From Bacteriovoracaceae bacterium (GTDB lineage: Bacteria; Bdellovibrionota; Bacteriovoracia; Bacteriovoracales; Bacteriovoracaceae), in assembly GCA_024711325.1 (NCBI GenBank), contig JANJTC010000005.1, positions 1,204,172 through 1,268,171 on the forward strand: a stretch of DNA of 64,000 bases, written 5' to 3'. Below are positions 37,227-46,326 of the stretch, piece by piece. Below the pieces are notes generated by a model that was not told where the DNA came from, did not search any database, and was given only the letters and a program-made list of their open reading frames with translations. Position 1 is the first letter of the stretch. Each line of letters starts with the position of its first letter. The translations under genes and the position numbers were made by a program.

Positions 37227-38617
37227 TCCTGAAGGAAGGCTTCACTTTGAGCACGGTCAGGTGAGAGTTCCAGTACCTGGACTTGATTAAAATCGGAAAG
37301 CTTTTGACTGTAGGAGAGTTTAAGCCCTTGAGCGATATCTCGAAAATCATGATCATGCTCCATGACGATTCTTTTATCCAGCTTGAGCATATCAAAGATC
37401 CTGCCGCCTTTATTATTCATGATGATAAGTTTGAGGTTCTCCGGCATATCCCGAAGACTTGTGAGGTCATAGAAAGTGGTCACATCACCAAGGATGCAGA
37501 AAACTTGTTTCTTCGTTCCCATGGCAAGGCCTATGGCAGAGGCCAGTTGCCCGTCGATACCATTGACCCCTCGATTACCAAATACCACCAAATTCTTTCT
37601 CTGAGTTAACTCAAAAAATCGGATAACTAACGAGTTTCCTAAATAAACGACATCATCACTATGAATGAGCTGATTGAGTTTATCGCAGTAACTGATTTCT
37701 GCTTCAGGATACTTCAGGATGAGTTCCTCGAGTGACCAGATGGTCTCATCTGCTACTGGATATGGCAGAAGATGAGCGGTGATCTTCCAGAACTCATCAC
37801 TCTTCAAAAGATTGTCCGAATTCATCGGAAGAACTTCCCCAAACGAGAGGGCCGGTAGATTTCTTGGATCAAAATGAAAGACAGGCAGTGGAGACTTTTC
37901 TAAGAGACGCCAGATTTTGCTGAGCGGTGTGTGTCCCACTCTTATAACGGCATCAAAAAAACCGGCCTGGAAAAGTTCGATGAGTTTCTTCTCGGTTTTA
38001 ACTGGAGACAGATCATGTCCCCCACTTAATGTTTCAGCATAAAACGTGAGCTTACTTTGGACGAATTTTTCAATGAATGGCCGCATGCTTGTATTTTCAT
38101 GGGAGAAAATAAAAAGTGGCTTTTTAATCTTATCTATAAAATTCTTATAAGCTTTGAGCTCTTCATGGAAACATATATCCATATTATGCGGAACCGTATC
38201 ATCCACCAGTACATTGATATGCACGGGAAATTCCAACTGATTCAAATCCACATGGGAGAGTTCACTTGAATCAATTTCAAGATATGTCCTACGGCAGCTC
38301 CGAGTGAGCATTTCATGCTCAATGGTCTGAGGAGAACCAGTTCCATGAAGTTTTTTGGGACGATCTCCAGAGATGAGAACTAAAGGTAACTCTGAGTAGT
38401 AGGCCTCAAGCATCGCTGGCACACACTGGGCCACAGCAGTACCGGAGGTGGTACAGATGCCAACCGGAGTCTTAGTTATCTTTGAGAGGCCTAAGGCCTT
38501 AAAGCTTGCCATCCTTTCATCGTATTCAAACCTCACATCATGCTGATCAAAAATCTTTAACAGATCATGATTGCGGGCCCCGGTGCAAAAGAAGATTTTA
38601 TTCAGCTCTAATGTCAT
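37214..38617 (-). CDS. menD: SEPHCHC synthase (ThDP-dependent)
   Basis: GTAVAQCVPAMLEAYYSELPLVLISGDRP and GDVTTFYDL ThDP-enzyme blocks. Confidence 0.8.
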   Translation of the reverse strand: MTLELNKIFFCTGARNHDLLKIFDQHDVRFEYDERMASFKALGLSKITKTPVGICTTSGTAVAQCVPAMLEAYYSELPLVLISGDRPKKLHGTGSPQTIEHEMLTRSCRRTYLEIDSSELSHVDLNQLEFPVHINVLVDDTVPHNMDICFHEELKAYKNFIDKIKKPLFIFSHENTSMRPFIEKFVQSKLTFYAETLSGGHDLSPVKTEKKLIELFQAGFFDAVIRVGHTPLSKIWRLLEKSPLPVFHFDPRNLPALSFGEVLPMNSDNLLKSDEFWKITAHLLPYPVADETIWSLEELILKYPEAEISYCDKLNQLIHSDDVVYLGNSLVIRFFELTQRKNLVVFGNRGVNGIDGQLASAIGLAMGTKKQVFCILGDVTTFYDLTSLRDMPENLKLIIMNNKGGRIFDMLKLDKRIVMEHDHDFRDIAQGLKLSYSQKLSDFNQVQVLELSPDRAQSEAFLQEWVR

Positions 38618-39666
38618 AGGTAATGCTTTCTGATGGTGTTTCTCTTTAAATGAATCTCATCCAGTTCTTTTTCAAAAATAGATTCACTCACAACTCCGCC
38701 GCCACTTTCAATGAAAAGGTGATGCCCTTCCCATTGCACGTTTCTAATTGAGACGATGAATTCTTTGGTTTCCTGGCTCATGAGTCCCAGGGCCGAACCA
38801 AAATATCTTTCACTATATTTTCTCCCATAATGAGAACCTCTTAAAAAATTTAAGGACTCAAGTTTTGGGTAACCTCCCAGAGCGGCGGTGGGAGAAAGAG
38901 TATTAGTGAGGGCCGTATAATTTGTATCAGGAGACACCTTGGCCTCAATGTCAGTCCGCAGGTGAATAATTGATTTAAAAGAATGAATATGAGTCGCAGA
39001 TGTTTTAATTTGTGATGAGAAATTCTCGAGTTTTTCTTGAATGTCCTGAATCACCAGATTGTGTTCATGCCGGTCTTTAGAGGACTCCAGGAGGTTCTGC
39101 TCCTGGCCACTCTTGGCGGTACCGGCCAGGGCGTAAGTCTTAAGCACTTCGTTTTGCACATCAAAAAGTAATTCGGGAGTGCTGCCTATGACTCCATACT
39201 GACTATTCCAAAACCCATAGGGAATTCCACTCCCCAAGCTAAAGGCCTTCTTCATCAGATGAGAAATAGTATTTTTCTCTTCGAAGGGTTCATAAGTTTC
39301 TCGCGATATCAGAACCACTTTTTGTAAATCAGTTCCAAAAGCACTCTCCAGCAGATCAAAATCTTTTTGATAAAGATCATCGTCATTGGATAGAGGAGAA
39401 AAATGTTGAGGTTCATCTTCCGGAAGTGAGATCTCATCTCTTGAAATCTTTATGGTTTCGGCCGGGGAGTAGGCGAGATAGTGGTTGTGATAAAAATCTT
39501 TTAGATAGAAAACCGGAGATGGGGTTTCTAAGAACTCTTCTACGATGGTAAATGAACCACCTTTAGCGAAGACGACATCTTTCCCATCATAGGAAGTAAG
39601 AAAGGCACCCAGCTTATAAAAATCACGATCAAGCCATTTAATAAGAGCTGATGGTGATTCCTTCAT
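38614..39666 (-). CDS. menF: isochorismate synthase
   Basis: GSTPELLF, ALGGYP and IESGGGVV chorismate-utilising-enzyme blocks. Confidence 0.8.
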   Translation of the reverse strand: MKESPSALIKWLDRDFYKLGAFLTSYDGKDVVFAKGGSFTIVEEFLETPSPVFYLKDFYHNHYLAYSPAETIKISRDEISLPEDEPQHFSPLSNDDDLYQKDFDLLESAFGTDLQKVVLISRETYEPFEEKNTISHLMKKAFSLGSGIPYGFWNSQYGVIGSTPELLFDVQNEVLKTYALAGTAKSGQEQNLLESSKDRHEHNLVIQDIQEKLENFSSQIKTSATHIHSFKSIIHLRTDIEAKVSPDTNYTALTNTLSPTAALGGYPKLESLNFLRGSHYGRKYSERYFGSALGLMSQETKEFIVSIRNVQWEGHHLFIESGGGVVSESIFEKELDEIHLKRNTIRKHYL

Positions 39667-40557
39667 TTAGTACATCCAGGGAAACTTCTCGAACTCAGGT
39701 TGTCTCTTTTCCAGAAATGAGTTTCTTCCTTCTTGAGCTTCCTCAGTCCCATAGGCCAGGCGAGTGGCCTCACCGGCATAAACCTGCTGGCCTACCAGAC
39801 CATCATCAATCAAATTAAAACCAAACTTCAGCATTTTTATCGCCGTAGGAGATTTGTGACAAATAGTGTGGGCCCATTCAAGACCTACTTTTTCCAGGTC
39901 AGCGTGAGGCACGACTTTATTAACCATGCCCATTTCAAACGCTTCCTGGGCCGAATATTTTTGCTCAAGAAAGAAAACTTCCCGCGCTCGTTTTTGTCCA
40001 ACTTGACGAGCAAGATAGGCAGAACCAAAACCACCGTCAAAGCTTGCAACTTTTGCATCTGATTGCATGAAGATGGCGTGCTCTTTAGAAGCAATGGTCA
40101 TATCACAGACCACGTGGAGAGAATGCCCACCCCCCACGGCCCAACCCGGCACCATGGCAATCACCACTTTTGGCATAAAACGAATCATACGTTGGACTTC
40201 CAGGATATGCAGACGCCCATGGGCCACCGGCATTCCAGGTTTTGTATCTTTGTATTCATAACCGGATTTGCCACGAACATTCTGGTCACCACCGGAGCAG
40301 AAGGCCCAGCCACCATCTTTAGAAGAAGGCCCGTTACCAGTGAGCAAAATAGCACCCACATCATTTTGGCGGTGAGACCACTCTAAGGCCGTTAAAAGTT
40401 CATCAACGGTCTGTGGACGAAAAGCATTGCGAAGATCAGGTCGATTAAAGGCTATTCGAACCGCGCCAGTATGTTTGGCCTTGTGAAATGTAATGTCTTC
40501 GAATTTAACATCCGTGACTTCATTCCAGGCATTAGGATCAAAAATAGGTGAAATCAT
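39667..40557 (-). CDS. menB: 1,4-dihydroxy-2-naphthoyl-CoA synthase
   Basis: Crotonase fold with AFCSGGDQ and a C-terminal FLEKRQPEF. Confidence 0.93.
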   Translation of the reverse strand: MISPIFDPNAWNEVTDVKFEDITFHKAKHTGAVRIAFNRPDLRNAFRPQTVDELLTALEWSHRQNDVGAILLTGNGPSSKDGGWAFCSGGDQNVRGKSGYEYKDTKPGMPVAHGRLHILEVQRMIRFMPKVVIAMVPGWAVGGGHSLHVVCDMTIASKEHAIFMQSDAKVASFDGGFGSAYLARQVGQKRAREVFFLEQKYSAQEAFEMGMVNKVVPHADLEKVGLEWAHTICHKSPTAIKMLKFGFNLIDDGLVGQQVYAGEATRLAYGTEEAQEGRNSFLEKRQPEFEKFPWMY

Positions 40558-41243
40558 TATTTGCCCTCGTTATTGGCATAATAAATATAAGCAATGCCGC
40601 CGAAAACTGGAATGAATCCATAATTTTTAAACGTCATGTTCTTTTTCATAATATCCACAAAAGTTTGTCCACTTGGGAAAGTCTCAGAAGAGGCGATGAG
40701 ATACTCATAAGCATCTTTTCTTTTTGAGATTAGACCAAAGAGAGGAACGTACATTCGAAGCATCATGAAATAGAGTTTTTTATAAAGGGTGTTCTTAGGC
40801 TGACCAAATTCCAGGATATAAACTCCATTGGAAACCCGGCCTAATTCCTTGAGACCTAGCTCCAAGCTCTCTACATTGCGAATTCCGAATGAAATGGTAG
40901 TGACATCAAAAGTTTTATCTCCAAAAGGAAGGTTCTGAATATCAGCGACTTTGAATTCAACCGGAAGGGGACTGACCTTAGCACGCTCAAGTGCGAAATC
41001 GATCATCCCAGAGGAGAAATCAATTCCCACCACCTGGCCAGGGCAAGATTCTTTTAGTTTGAAGGCGATATCCCCAGTGCCGGTGGCACAATCCAGGGCG
41101 GTCTTAGGTTTATTTTTAAGAGCGATGCGGACAAATTTTCTTTTCCATAAGCGATGAGTTCCCAAAGAGAGAACATCATTTAATAGATCATACTTGTGAG
41201 AGATGTCGTTAAACATCACACGTACAAAATCGGCCTTTGCCAT
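40557..41243 (-). CDS. ubiE: demethylmenaquinone methyltransferase
   Basis: YDLLNDVLSLGTHRLWKR block and the DCATGTGD SAM motif. Confidence 0.88.
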   Translation of the reverse strand: MAKADFVRVMFNDISHKYDLLNDVLSLGTHRLWKRKFVRIALKNKPKTALDCATGTGDIAFKLKESCPGQVVGIDFSSGMIDFALERAKVSPLPVEFKVADIQNLPFGDKTFDVTTISFGIRNVESLELGLKELGRVSNGVYILEFGQPKNTLYKKLYFMMLRMYVPLFGLISKRKDAYEYLIASSETFPSGQTFVDIMKKNMTFKNYGFIPVFGGIAYIYYANNEGK

Positions 41244-41246
41244 AAA

Positions 41247-42014
41247 TTACATCCTGAGTTCTTTATCAAATATTGGAGCGAGTTTTTTAAGTTTAGCGAC
41301 CATTTCATCAAATTGAGGAATGTTCAAGGCCTGCTGACCATCAGAAAGGGCACAGGCAGGTTCCGGATGAACTTCTACCATAAGACCATCAGCGCCTGCA
41401 GCTACCGCTGCATAGGCCGCATCGGCCACGTAGGGGGTTAGACCCATGCTATGGGAAGGATCAACCAAGACTTTAAAAGGAGTATTTTTCTTTAAATAAA
41501 TAACTGAGCCCAAATCCAGAAGGTTTCTGAGCTTGTTATCAAAAGAGCGCACACCGCGTTCACAAAGGATGATGTTTTTTTCACCTAAATTGAAAAGATA
41601 TTCAGCTGCACCCAACCACTCGGAAATCGTGGCGCTGAAAGCGCGCTTTAAGATTACCGGACGGTTATAACGAGAGAGCTCTTTTAAAAGTTCATAGTTA
41701 TACATGTTACGGGCACCGACTTGAAAAACAGAAGTGACCGAGAGCAGGGTTTCAATCTGCCGGGCATCCGTGACTTCCGTTATAAAATCAAAAGGGATTT
41801 CTTTTTTTAGTTTTTTAACAACTTCCAGGCCTTCATCACCTAATCCCTGAAAGGATTTGGCATTGGTGCGCATCTTATGAATTCCACCGCGAATAAGGGT
41901 CGGGCGATTTTCGTTCATCAAGATGGTCCGTAATTGATTTTCTGATTCCACCGCACAGGGGCCTGCAATCAAAAAAAGTTCATTAGGACGAAAGTTTAAA
42001 GCATTTGTTTCCAT
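41247..42014 (-). CDS. 3-deoxy-7-phosphoheptulonate (DAHP) synthase, type I-beta-like
   Basis: LIAGPCAVESENQL and KMRTNAKSFQGLGDEGL blocks. KDO8P synthase is the alternative but fits the second block less well. Confidence 0.7.
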   Translation of the reverse strand: METNALNFRPNELFLIAGPCAVESENQLRTILMNENRPTLIRGGIHKMRTNAKSFQGLGDEGLEVVKKLKKEIPFDFITEVTDARQIETLLSVTSVFQVGARNMYNYELLKELSRYNRPVILKRAFSATISEWLGAAEYLFNLGEKNIILCERGVRSFDNKLRNLLDLGSVIYLKKNTPFKVLVDPSHSMGLTPYVADAAYAAVAAGADGLMVEVHPEPACALSDGQQALNIPQFDEMVAKLKKLAPIFDKELRM

Positions 42015-42159
42015 AAAATATTCACTCGAAAAATTGTCATTTTAAGTATGACAGGTGTAACTAATTTTACTCTTAATGGAAAGCGTAATCTCCCCGTTTT
42101 CGCTAGACATTTACCCCTTGACGAGCTATCCAGATGTTTTCATTTTCAAGTGGATACAT

Positions 42160-42747
42160 ATGGCATTCCCTGTTCCCTGTTATATTGGTTTAGTACATGG
42201 CCCGATTCGTTCAAAGGACGGCTCAGAGATCACCACTTCGGTGACTAATCTGGATATTCACGATATTGCCCGTTCTGCCCGGACCTTTGGTTTTAAGCGC
42301 TATTTTTTGATTACTCCGATCAAGAATCAACAAACCATGGTGAAAAAGATTTTAGGATTTTGGGAAACGGATTCCGGCCTGATTTACAATCCTGATCGGA
42401 AAAATGCCTTGGCCGAGGCGGATGTTATTGATTCTATAGAGCTTGCCATTGCTGAGATCACTCGAATTGAAGGGCAGGCGCCCTGCGTTGTCGTTACCGG
42501 GGCCAATTTTGAATCTTACGATGGAAAAGAAAAAGAGCTGATGCACAAGTTACAGCTTGACGGCAAGCCTATGTTCTTGTTATTTGGTACAGGATGGGGA
42601 TTAACTGCTCCGGTTGTTGAACAGGCCGATTTTCGGCTAGAGCCTATTTTTGGCATAGCAGATGACGGATATAATCATCTGTCTGTTCGTTCAGCAGTTG
42701 CAATTTATTGTGACCGACTGGCCCGAGCCTCTGATCCTATATATTAA
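42160..42747 (+). CDS. predicted SAM-dependent RNA methyltransferase (Methyltrn_RNA_4-like family, from memory)
   Basis: The GLVHGPIRSKDGSEITTSVTNLDIHDIARSARTFG block resembles that family. The start was set to the ATG at 42160. Confidence 0.5.
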   Translation: MAFPVPCYIGLVHGPIRSKDGSEITTSVTNLDIHDIARSARTFGFKRYFLITPIKNQQTMVKKILGFWETDSGLIYNPDRKNALAEADVIDSIELAIAEITRIEGQAPCVVVTGANFESYDGKEKELMHKLQLDGKPMFLLFGTGWGLTAPVVEQADFRLEPIFGIADDGYNHLSVRSAVAIYCDRLARASDPIY

Positions 42748-42828
42748 TTGTCATGCATTTTATGCATGAACTTTTTCCTTCCCTCTGGTCCCAGGTGTGA
42801 CGAATGGAAGACAGATTGTGGAGACGTT

Positions 42829-43188
42829 ATGAATTTGATCGATGTTGTTGAAAAGAACTACGCAAACCCAAATTCTTCAAAAATTACTGGTTTCAGAACT
42901 GGTGATACAATTGAAGTTGCTGTTCGAATCAAAGAAGGTGAGAAGACCCGTATTCAGAATTTCCAAGGTACATGCATTGCCATGAAACACCCTGGTCAGA
43001 TGAACGGTCACTTCCGCGTTCGTAAGATTTCTGATGGCGTAGGTGTTGAGCGCGTTTTCCCTTTCCATTCACCGGCAGTTGAAGGTGTGAAGATTATCTC
43101 TAAAGGTAAATCTCGTCGCGCTAAACACAACTACCTTCGTGAAAGAACTGGTAAAGCAGCTCGCGTTGCTATTGATTACTCTCGTTAA
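42829..43188 (+). CDS. rplS: 50S ribosomal protein L19
   Basis: MNLIDVVEK...FRTGDTIEVAVRIKEGEKTRIQNFQG, with a ggaga SD. The start was set to the ATG at 42829. Confidence 0.95.
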   Translation: MNLIDVVEKNYANPNSSKITGFRTGDTIEVAVRIKEGEKTRIQNFQGTCIAMKHPGQMNGHFRVRKISDGVGVERVFPFHSPAVEGVKIISKGKSRRAKHNYLRERTGKAARVAIDYSR

Positions 43189-43212
43189 TCAAAAAAAACG
43201 GTTTCAAAAGCA

Positions 43213-43244
43213 GAAAGGCCCCGAAAGGGGCCTTTCGTTTTTTT
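43213..43244 (+). terminator. intrinsic terminator after rplS
   Basis: gaaaggcccc-gaaa-ggggcctttc 10-bp stem followed by a T7 run. Confidence 0.8.
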
Positions 43245-43255
43245 AGGGAGGATAA

Positions 43256-44041
43256 ATGAAGTACCTCGTCTTGCTTTTTCTCTATATCCCTTTAGTTCAC
43301 GCTCAACTTGCGACTGAGAAACTTCCAACAGAAGGCTCGGATGTTGTACCGGTTTTAGTGCGGCCAGAACAGTCACCGGTAGAAGAAGTGGTTGAAGGTG
43401 CCCAGGTCCAGAAAATCCCCACTCCTATACTCGATAAAGCGCAAAGAATCGAAACTGAAATTACTAAAACAAAATATTTACGAGATGATTCCACCGGCTC
43501 AATCATGGTGGGTTACCAGTTTCTCACTTCATGGCTTCCTTCTAAAAAGACCATCTCTTATACACATATCTTTAATCAAAAATGGTCACTAGAAGGCGAG
43601 TACTCATGGGCCACCATTAATTTTCCGATTGTGGGAGTTGATTTAGGAGAGATTAAAGAAAAAAGATATACCTTAGAGGCCCGCCGTTATGTTGGAAATT
43701 CCTTTCATTTCACCTTCGGGGCAGTTTTGAATGAATTTAAGGCCCGTTTAGGAAGTGATTTTTTAGATAATCTTGGTAATGAAATCCATTCTGACTTTGA
43801 GGTTCATAATATAGGCGTCACTGGTGGGCTTGGAAACAGATGGCAGTGGCAGAATGGTTTCACCTTGGGAGTAGACTGGCTTCGGATAAATATTCCAGTT
43901 GCTGAAACTAAGCTTGAAGACAACGTTCTGGATGATATTCCCGGTGGCAGTGACCGTAAAGAAGTGAAGAAGGTCATCCGGGCACTAAACCGTATTCCAA
44001 CTTTTGTTTTATTTGGCGTGAATATTGGTTACACGTTCTAG
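43256..44041 (+). CDS. outer-membrane beta-barrel-like protein
   Basis: agggagg SD, signal peptide MKYLVLLFLYIPLVHA, and a C-terminal NIGYTF. Confidence 0.5.
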   Translation: MKYLVLLFLYIPLVHAQLATEKLPTEGSDVVPVLVRPEQSPVEEVVEGAQVQKIPTPILDKAQRIETEITKTKYLRDDSTGSIMVGYQFLTSWLPSKKTISYTHIFNQKWSLEGEYSWATINFPIVGVDLGEIKEKRYTLEARRYVGNSFHFTFGAVLNEFKARLGSDFLDNLGNEIHSDFEVHNIGVTGGLGNRWQWQNGFTLGVDWLRINIPVAETKLEDNVLDDIPGGSDRKEVKKVIRALNRIPTFVLFGVNIGYTF

Positions 44042-44076
44042 ACGTAAAGACTCAGTTTAATATATGACCAGCATAC

Positions 44077-44775
44077 ATGCTGGAATTAAAACTTATCCCG
44101 AATTTCCCTCAAGAAATCATCGCGACCGATGAAGTTGGACGTGGCCCCTTAGGTGGACCTGTCGTCGTTGGTGCCATCCGTTTATGGATTGAAGATCCGG
44201 AAGCCTTAAAAGCTCTTATTAAGTTTTTAAGAACTAAGGGAATTAAAGATTCAAAGAAACTTTCTTCAGACGATCGATTAAAAGTTTTAAAGAAACTAGG
44301 TATAGGGCTTAATCCTTTCAGGCAAAGAGAAGTCGCTACTTTGAAAGGAATTGAAATCAGCTACATCACCTGGGACATGGATCATGAGATTATTGATCAG
44401 GAGAATATTTTAGCGGCAAGCCTTCGAGGCATGAAAGAAGCGTCTGAGTTTCTTTCAAAGGCGAAAAAAAATCAAACCACAGTCCTGATCGATGGACACA
44501 TGAAACTCCGCTGGGGCAAAAAGGTTTCTCCTTGGAATGAAATTCCCATTATTAAGGGTGACTCAAAGTCATTATTAATTGGACTGGCCTCCATCATCGC
44601 TAAAGAAAAGCGTGATGCTTTCATGAGAGAGATGCATGAACTCTATCCCCAATACGGTTTTGGAAAACATTACGGCTATCCCACAAAAGAACACCGAAGC
44701 GCCATTATGGAATTCGGGCCATGCACCATCCACCGGAAAACCTTTAAAGGCGTTAAAGAATACCTCCGGACTTAA
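44077..44775 (+). CDS. rnhB: ribonuclease HII, copy 1
   Basis: DEVGRGPLGGPVVVGA, KDSKKL and LIDG blocks. Confidence 0.9.
   Translation: MLELKLIPNFPQEIIATDEVGRGPLGGPVVVGAIRLWIEDPEALKALIKFLRTKGIKDSKKLSSDDRLKVLKKLGIGLNPFRQREVATLKGIEISYITWDMDHEIIDQENILAASLRGMKEASEFLSKAKKNQTTVLIDGHMKLRWGKKVSPWNEIPIIKGDSKSLLIGLASIIAKEKRDAFMREMHELYPQYGFGKHYGYPTKEHRSAIMEFGPCTIHRKTFKGVKEYLRT
44602..44642 (+). repeat. 41-nt tract identical between the two rnhB copies (copy 1 side)
   Basis: aaagaaaagcgtgatgctttcatgagagagatgcatgaact recurs exactly at 45617-45657, while the flanking codons have diverged. Confidence 0.9.
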
Positions 44776-44782
44776 AAATGAG

Positions 44783-45049
44783 CTGTTCATTTCACGGACC
44801 TTTCATTCATTAGGTTTTCCTCTCTTGGTCTCTCCTCAATTACTTAGAACAAGATCCCTCGGGCAAGTTGATCTGGCCCGTATCACCAAGGATCAGCATG
44901 GCTGGTTACTCGAAATAGGGGAAGTGAAGAGTTCAACTATCGGAGAAGAACTTTTCCAGAGGCACCAAAAACTTCGTCTAACTGCCAGCCAAAAATTCCT
45001 TTCAGGATTATTTGGTCATCGCTCACGGCTCACTTCTCTACTCAGGTAA
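44783..45049 (+). CDS. YraN (UPF0102)-like endonuclease-fold protein; start codon unresolved
   Basis: The blocks SLGFPLL...GQVDLA...LLEIGEVKSS fit the YraN pattern (GEIDL...VEVK). There is no in-frame ATG or GTG after the rnhB stop. The only in-frame ATG (44636) would overlap rnhB by 140 nt. Confidence 0.4.
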   Translation: MFISRTFHSLGFPLLVSPQLLRTRSLGQVDLARITKDQHGWLLEIGEVKSSTIGEELFQRHQKLRLTASQKFLSGLFGHRSRLTSLLR

Positions 45050-45085
45050 GAATTTTTACTGCTTTTTTAAATTTAAGTTATAAGT

Positions 45086-45805
45086 GTGAAGATGATTGAA
45101 TTAAAACTTGTGACTCAATTTCCCCAGGAAATCATTGCAGTGGATGAAGTCGGACGTTCACCTTTAAGCGGGCCCGTGGTCATTGGTGCTGTTCGATTGG
45201 TGGTTAGTGATCACGCTTCACTCATTGGGCTGTTACGCTCACTCAGGCGATGTGGGGTGAAAGACTCAAAACAACTTCCTCACGAGCAGCGGATGAGGCT
45301 CCTGAGAAAATTCATGATTCAAAATCTTCCTTATCGGGAGAAGGGGATTTTCCACTGGAAAGGAATTGACCTAAGTTTTGTTACTTGGAATATGGATCAT
45401 GATGTCATTGACCGGGAAAACATCTTTGCTGCATCGATGAGGGGAATGAAGGAGGCCGCAAATTTCCTCTCAGTAGGTGATAAATCTTTAACTACCGTTC
45501 TGATTGATGGGCAATCCAAGTTTAGATGGGAAACAGAACCCGCTGGCTGGAGAGAGATTCCTATTATCAAAGGAGATATCAAGTCATCGCTCATAGGTCT
45601 GGCTTCGATTATTGCAAAAGAAAAGCGTGATGCTTTCATGAGAGAGATGCATGAACTTTTTCCTCAATACGGATTTATCACAAACTATGGATATCCCACT
45701 CGTGAGCATCGCCTGGCAATTGAAGAGCATGGCCCATGTCCCATTCACCGTCTGACTTTTAGTAAAGTGAAAGAGTTTATTCGAGAGACTGAAGAAGTCG
45801 GGTAA
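45086..45805 (+). CDS. rnhB: ribonuclease HII, copy 2 (divergent tandem paralogue)
   Basis: DEVGRSPLSGPVVIGA, KDSKQL and LIDG blocks. It is collinear with copy 1. The start is the GTG at 45086 or the ATG at 45092. Confidence 0.85.
   Translation: MKMIELKLVTQFPQEIIAVDEVGRSPLSGPVVIGAVRLVVSDHASLIGLLRSLRRCGVKDSKQLPHEQRMRLLRKFMIQNLPYREKGIFHWKGIDLSFVTWNMDHDVIDRENIFAASMRGMKEAANFLSVGDKSLTTVLIDGQSKFRWETEPAGWREIPIIKGDIKSSLIGLASIIAKEKRDAFMREMHELFPQYGFITNYGYPTREHRLAIEEHGPCPIHRLTFSKVKEFIRETEEVG
45617..45657 (+). repeat. 41-nt tract identical between the two rnhB copies (copy 2 side)
   Basis: Same 41-mer as 44602-44642. Confidence 0.9.
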
Positions 45806-45849
45806 CTGTTTTTTTTGCAAAAAATCCAAAGTTTCATTACTCTTAAGAT

Positions 45850-46326
45850 ATGAAAAAATCTTTTTGTACACTTCTGGTCGTTCTGTTCACTTTATCCCTG
45901 ATGAAGCCAAATGAGGCCCGTGCCGAAATTCCGGTTAAGGCGAAAGCTTTCATGACGATCGTGGGGTATGGAACTGCTGGTGGGGCCCTTCTGGGTGCTG
46001 CTTCACTGGCCTTTGGTGGCTCTACCAGAAATATCGCTCAAGGTGCTTCTCTTGGTCTTTACGCCGGTGTTTTGTTCGGAACTTACGTCTTAATCTCCCA
46101 TCATCAAAAACGTTATGGCAGCTATGACGACAGGTCTTCTCCTTATCAGGATTCAAGTGATATTTATAGTGATGAGTATCGGGATGATGAGGGCGGTTCT
46201 TCTGACGCGGATTCAGGTCGCGGTGGGTTTTTTGAACGATTTGAAGTCATTCAACAAAAGTTCGCAAACAAAAGAGGAAGCAAAATGCCTCCTCTTAAGC
46301 TTAACTTATTTCAATATAATTTCTAG
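45850..46326 (+). CDS. hypothetical membrane or exported protein with glycine-zipper helices and an acidic tail
   Basis: Signal-like N-terminus, Gly/Ala-rich helices (GYGTAGGALLGAASLAFGG) and a D/S/Y-rich region. Confidence 0.45.
   Translation: MKKSFCTLLVVLFTLSLMKPNEARAEIPVKAKAFMTIVGYGTAGGALLGAASLAFGGSTRNIAQGASLGLYAGVLFGTYVLISHHQKRYGSYDDRSSPYQDSSDIYSDEYRDDEGGSSDADSGRGGFFERFEVIQQKFANKRGSKMPPLKLNLFQYNF

Noticed and set aside
39733-40386. Several + strand ORFs (39733..40062, 40063..40386, 40067..40261) inside menB.
   Set aside because: They are antisense to a MenB frame with textbook motifs.
44068-44083. The hairpin ccagcat-ac-atgctgg covering the rnhB copy 1 start codon as a translational switch.
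   Set aside because: The stem is only 6-7 bp with a minimal loop, which is too weak to claim without data.
44636-44775. The ATG at 44636 as the start of the YraN-like protein.
   Set aside because: It would require a 140-nt out-of-frame overlap with rnhB, and the extra N-terminal residues are not YraN-like.
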